A stretch of 64,000 nucleotides of DNA from Hypanus sabinus (Eukaryota): the NCBI RefSeq assembly GCF_030144855.1, contig NC_082714.1:51646001-51710000 (forward strand), in the 5' to 3' direction. The notes under the pieces were generated by a model that saw nothing but the letters and a program-made list of their open reading frames with translations, searched no databases and was not told where the DNA came from. Positions 63,085 through 64,000 of the stretch are shown piece after piece. The position numbers and the translations under genes are program-made. Numbering within the stretch: position 1 is the stretch's first letter; every line of letters starts with the position of its first letter.

Positions 63085-63389
63085 AACGGCGTGTGGCCTA
63101 GTGGGCAAGGCATCAGACTAGTAACCTGAAGGTCACTGGTTCGAGCCTCAGCTGAGGCAGCGTGTTTGTGTCCTTGAGCAAGGCACTTAACAACACATTG
63201 CTCTGCAATGTCACTGGTGCCAAGCTGCTTGGGTCCTAGTGCCCTTCCCTTGGACAACATTGGTGGCGTGGAGAGGGGAAGGCCTGCAGCTTGGGCAACT
63301 GCTGGTCTCCCATACAACCCTGCCCAGGCCTGCGCCCTGGATACTCCAGGCGCAGATTCATGGTCTCCCGAGACCAACGGATGCCACAC
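63085..63389 (+). mobile_element. tRNA-derived SINE with CORE-like domain
   Basis: A box TGGCCTAGTGG, B box GGTTCGAGCC, GTGTCCTTGAGCAAGGCACTTAAC; possible TSD AATGT. Confidence 0.75.
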
Positions 63390-64000
63390 AATGTGATTTA
63401 ACGTAGTATAAAGAGACATAATTTCTCAAAGCTGGGTTGTTACAAAAGGTCATTCAGTACATAGAGGAGAAGAAATTCCTTCATCCAGGTAGTAGTGGAT
63501 CTTTGGAATTTTTTATGTAAGAGGATTTTGAAGGCCTAGTTACTGATTAATGACCAATTGATAAATATTTGAATATTTAGGTATTCAAATAATCAAGACA
63601 ATGCACTAAAATAGCATTGATGATCATACTGAATGGCACAGTAAATATGTGACGTATATAGCTTACATTGTTCTACTTGTGTTACAACATTTTTTTCAAT
63701 ATAGTGTTTGTGATTGCATATGTAATAAATACTAATAGGTTGCTGTGAGTGAAATATGAGGGAAAAATACTGTGGATGACACTGAAGATCAGAGGGGGAA
63801 GTGACTTAATCGGATTGTTCTGAGAGCTGGACAGACCAATGGGCCAAATAGGTTCTTTTCCCCTCCTTCATACCTACCTCAACTCCTTTATGTCTAAAGA
63901 AAATATAAATATGATATTTGGTATAATCTACAGGTTTCAGCTTGCTCTTCCATAGAATAATATTGCAGCATTTTTTCATTTTGCATGGGTGGTGCAACAG

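Noticed and set aside
63085-63160. tRNA gene
   Set aside because: A and B boxes are present, but there is no clean cloverleaf or terminator and it continues into a SINE body.
51490-64000. Further UNKL exons
   Set aside because: No segment encoding the expected CPYLHRTTGDTER continuation was recognised; exon 3 probably lies beyond the window.

Overview
Vertebrate genomic DNA. The repeat landscape (V-SINE/HE1-like SINEs, CR1, Rex1/Babar-like LINEs, Penelope-like elements) points to a cartilaginous fish, probably a ray; this is inference. Genes left to right: TOP3A coding exons 1-12 (minus strand, runs off the left edge); a UQCC4/C16orf91 homologue (plus); an intron-containing histone H3.3 gene (minus) with a non-canonical S86T substitution; UNKL coding exons 1-2 (plus; no further exon recognised in the remaining ~12.5 kb). 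Between H3.3 and UNKL lies a complete Gypsy LTR retrotransposon (37100-41576) with 212-bp LTRs identical by eye, a 5-bp TSD and one 1326-aa gag-pol ORF. It has no tRNA-type primer-binding site. Instead a 16-nt perfect complement of its own LTR poly(A)-signal region sits at the PBS position, suggesting self-priming and/or masking of the 5' poly(A) signal. Its RT motif is YLDN rather than YxDD. Other notable items: minimal hammerhead-ribozyme motifs in Penelope-derived tails, several nested TE insertions with readable TSDs, and a TOP3A first exon flanked by a G-rich tract, a uORF, a CTCF-like site and a CpG-rich minisatellite. Gene and family assignments come from recalled sequences and motifs; no database search was run.
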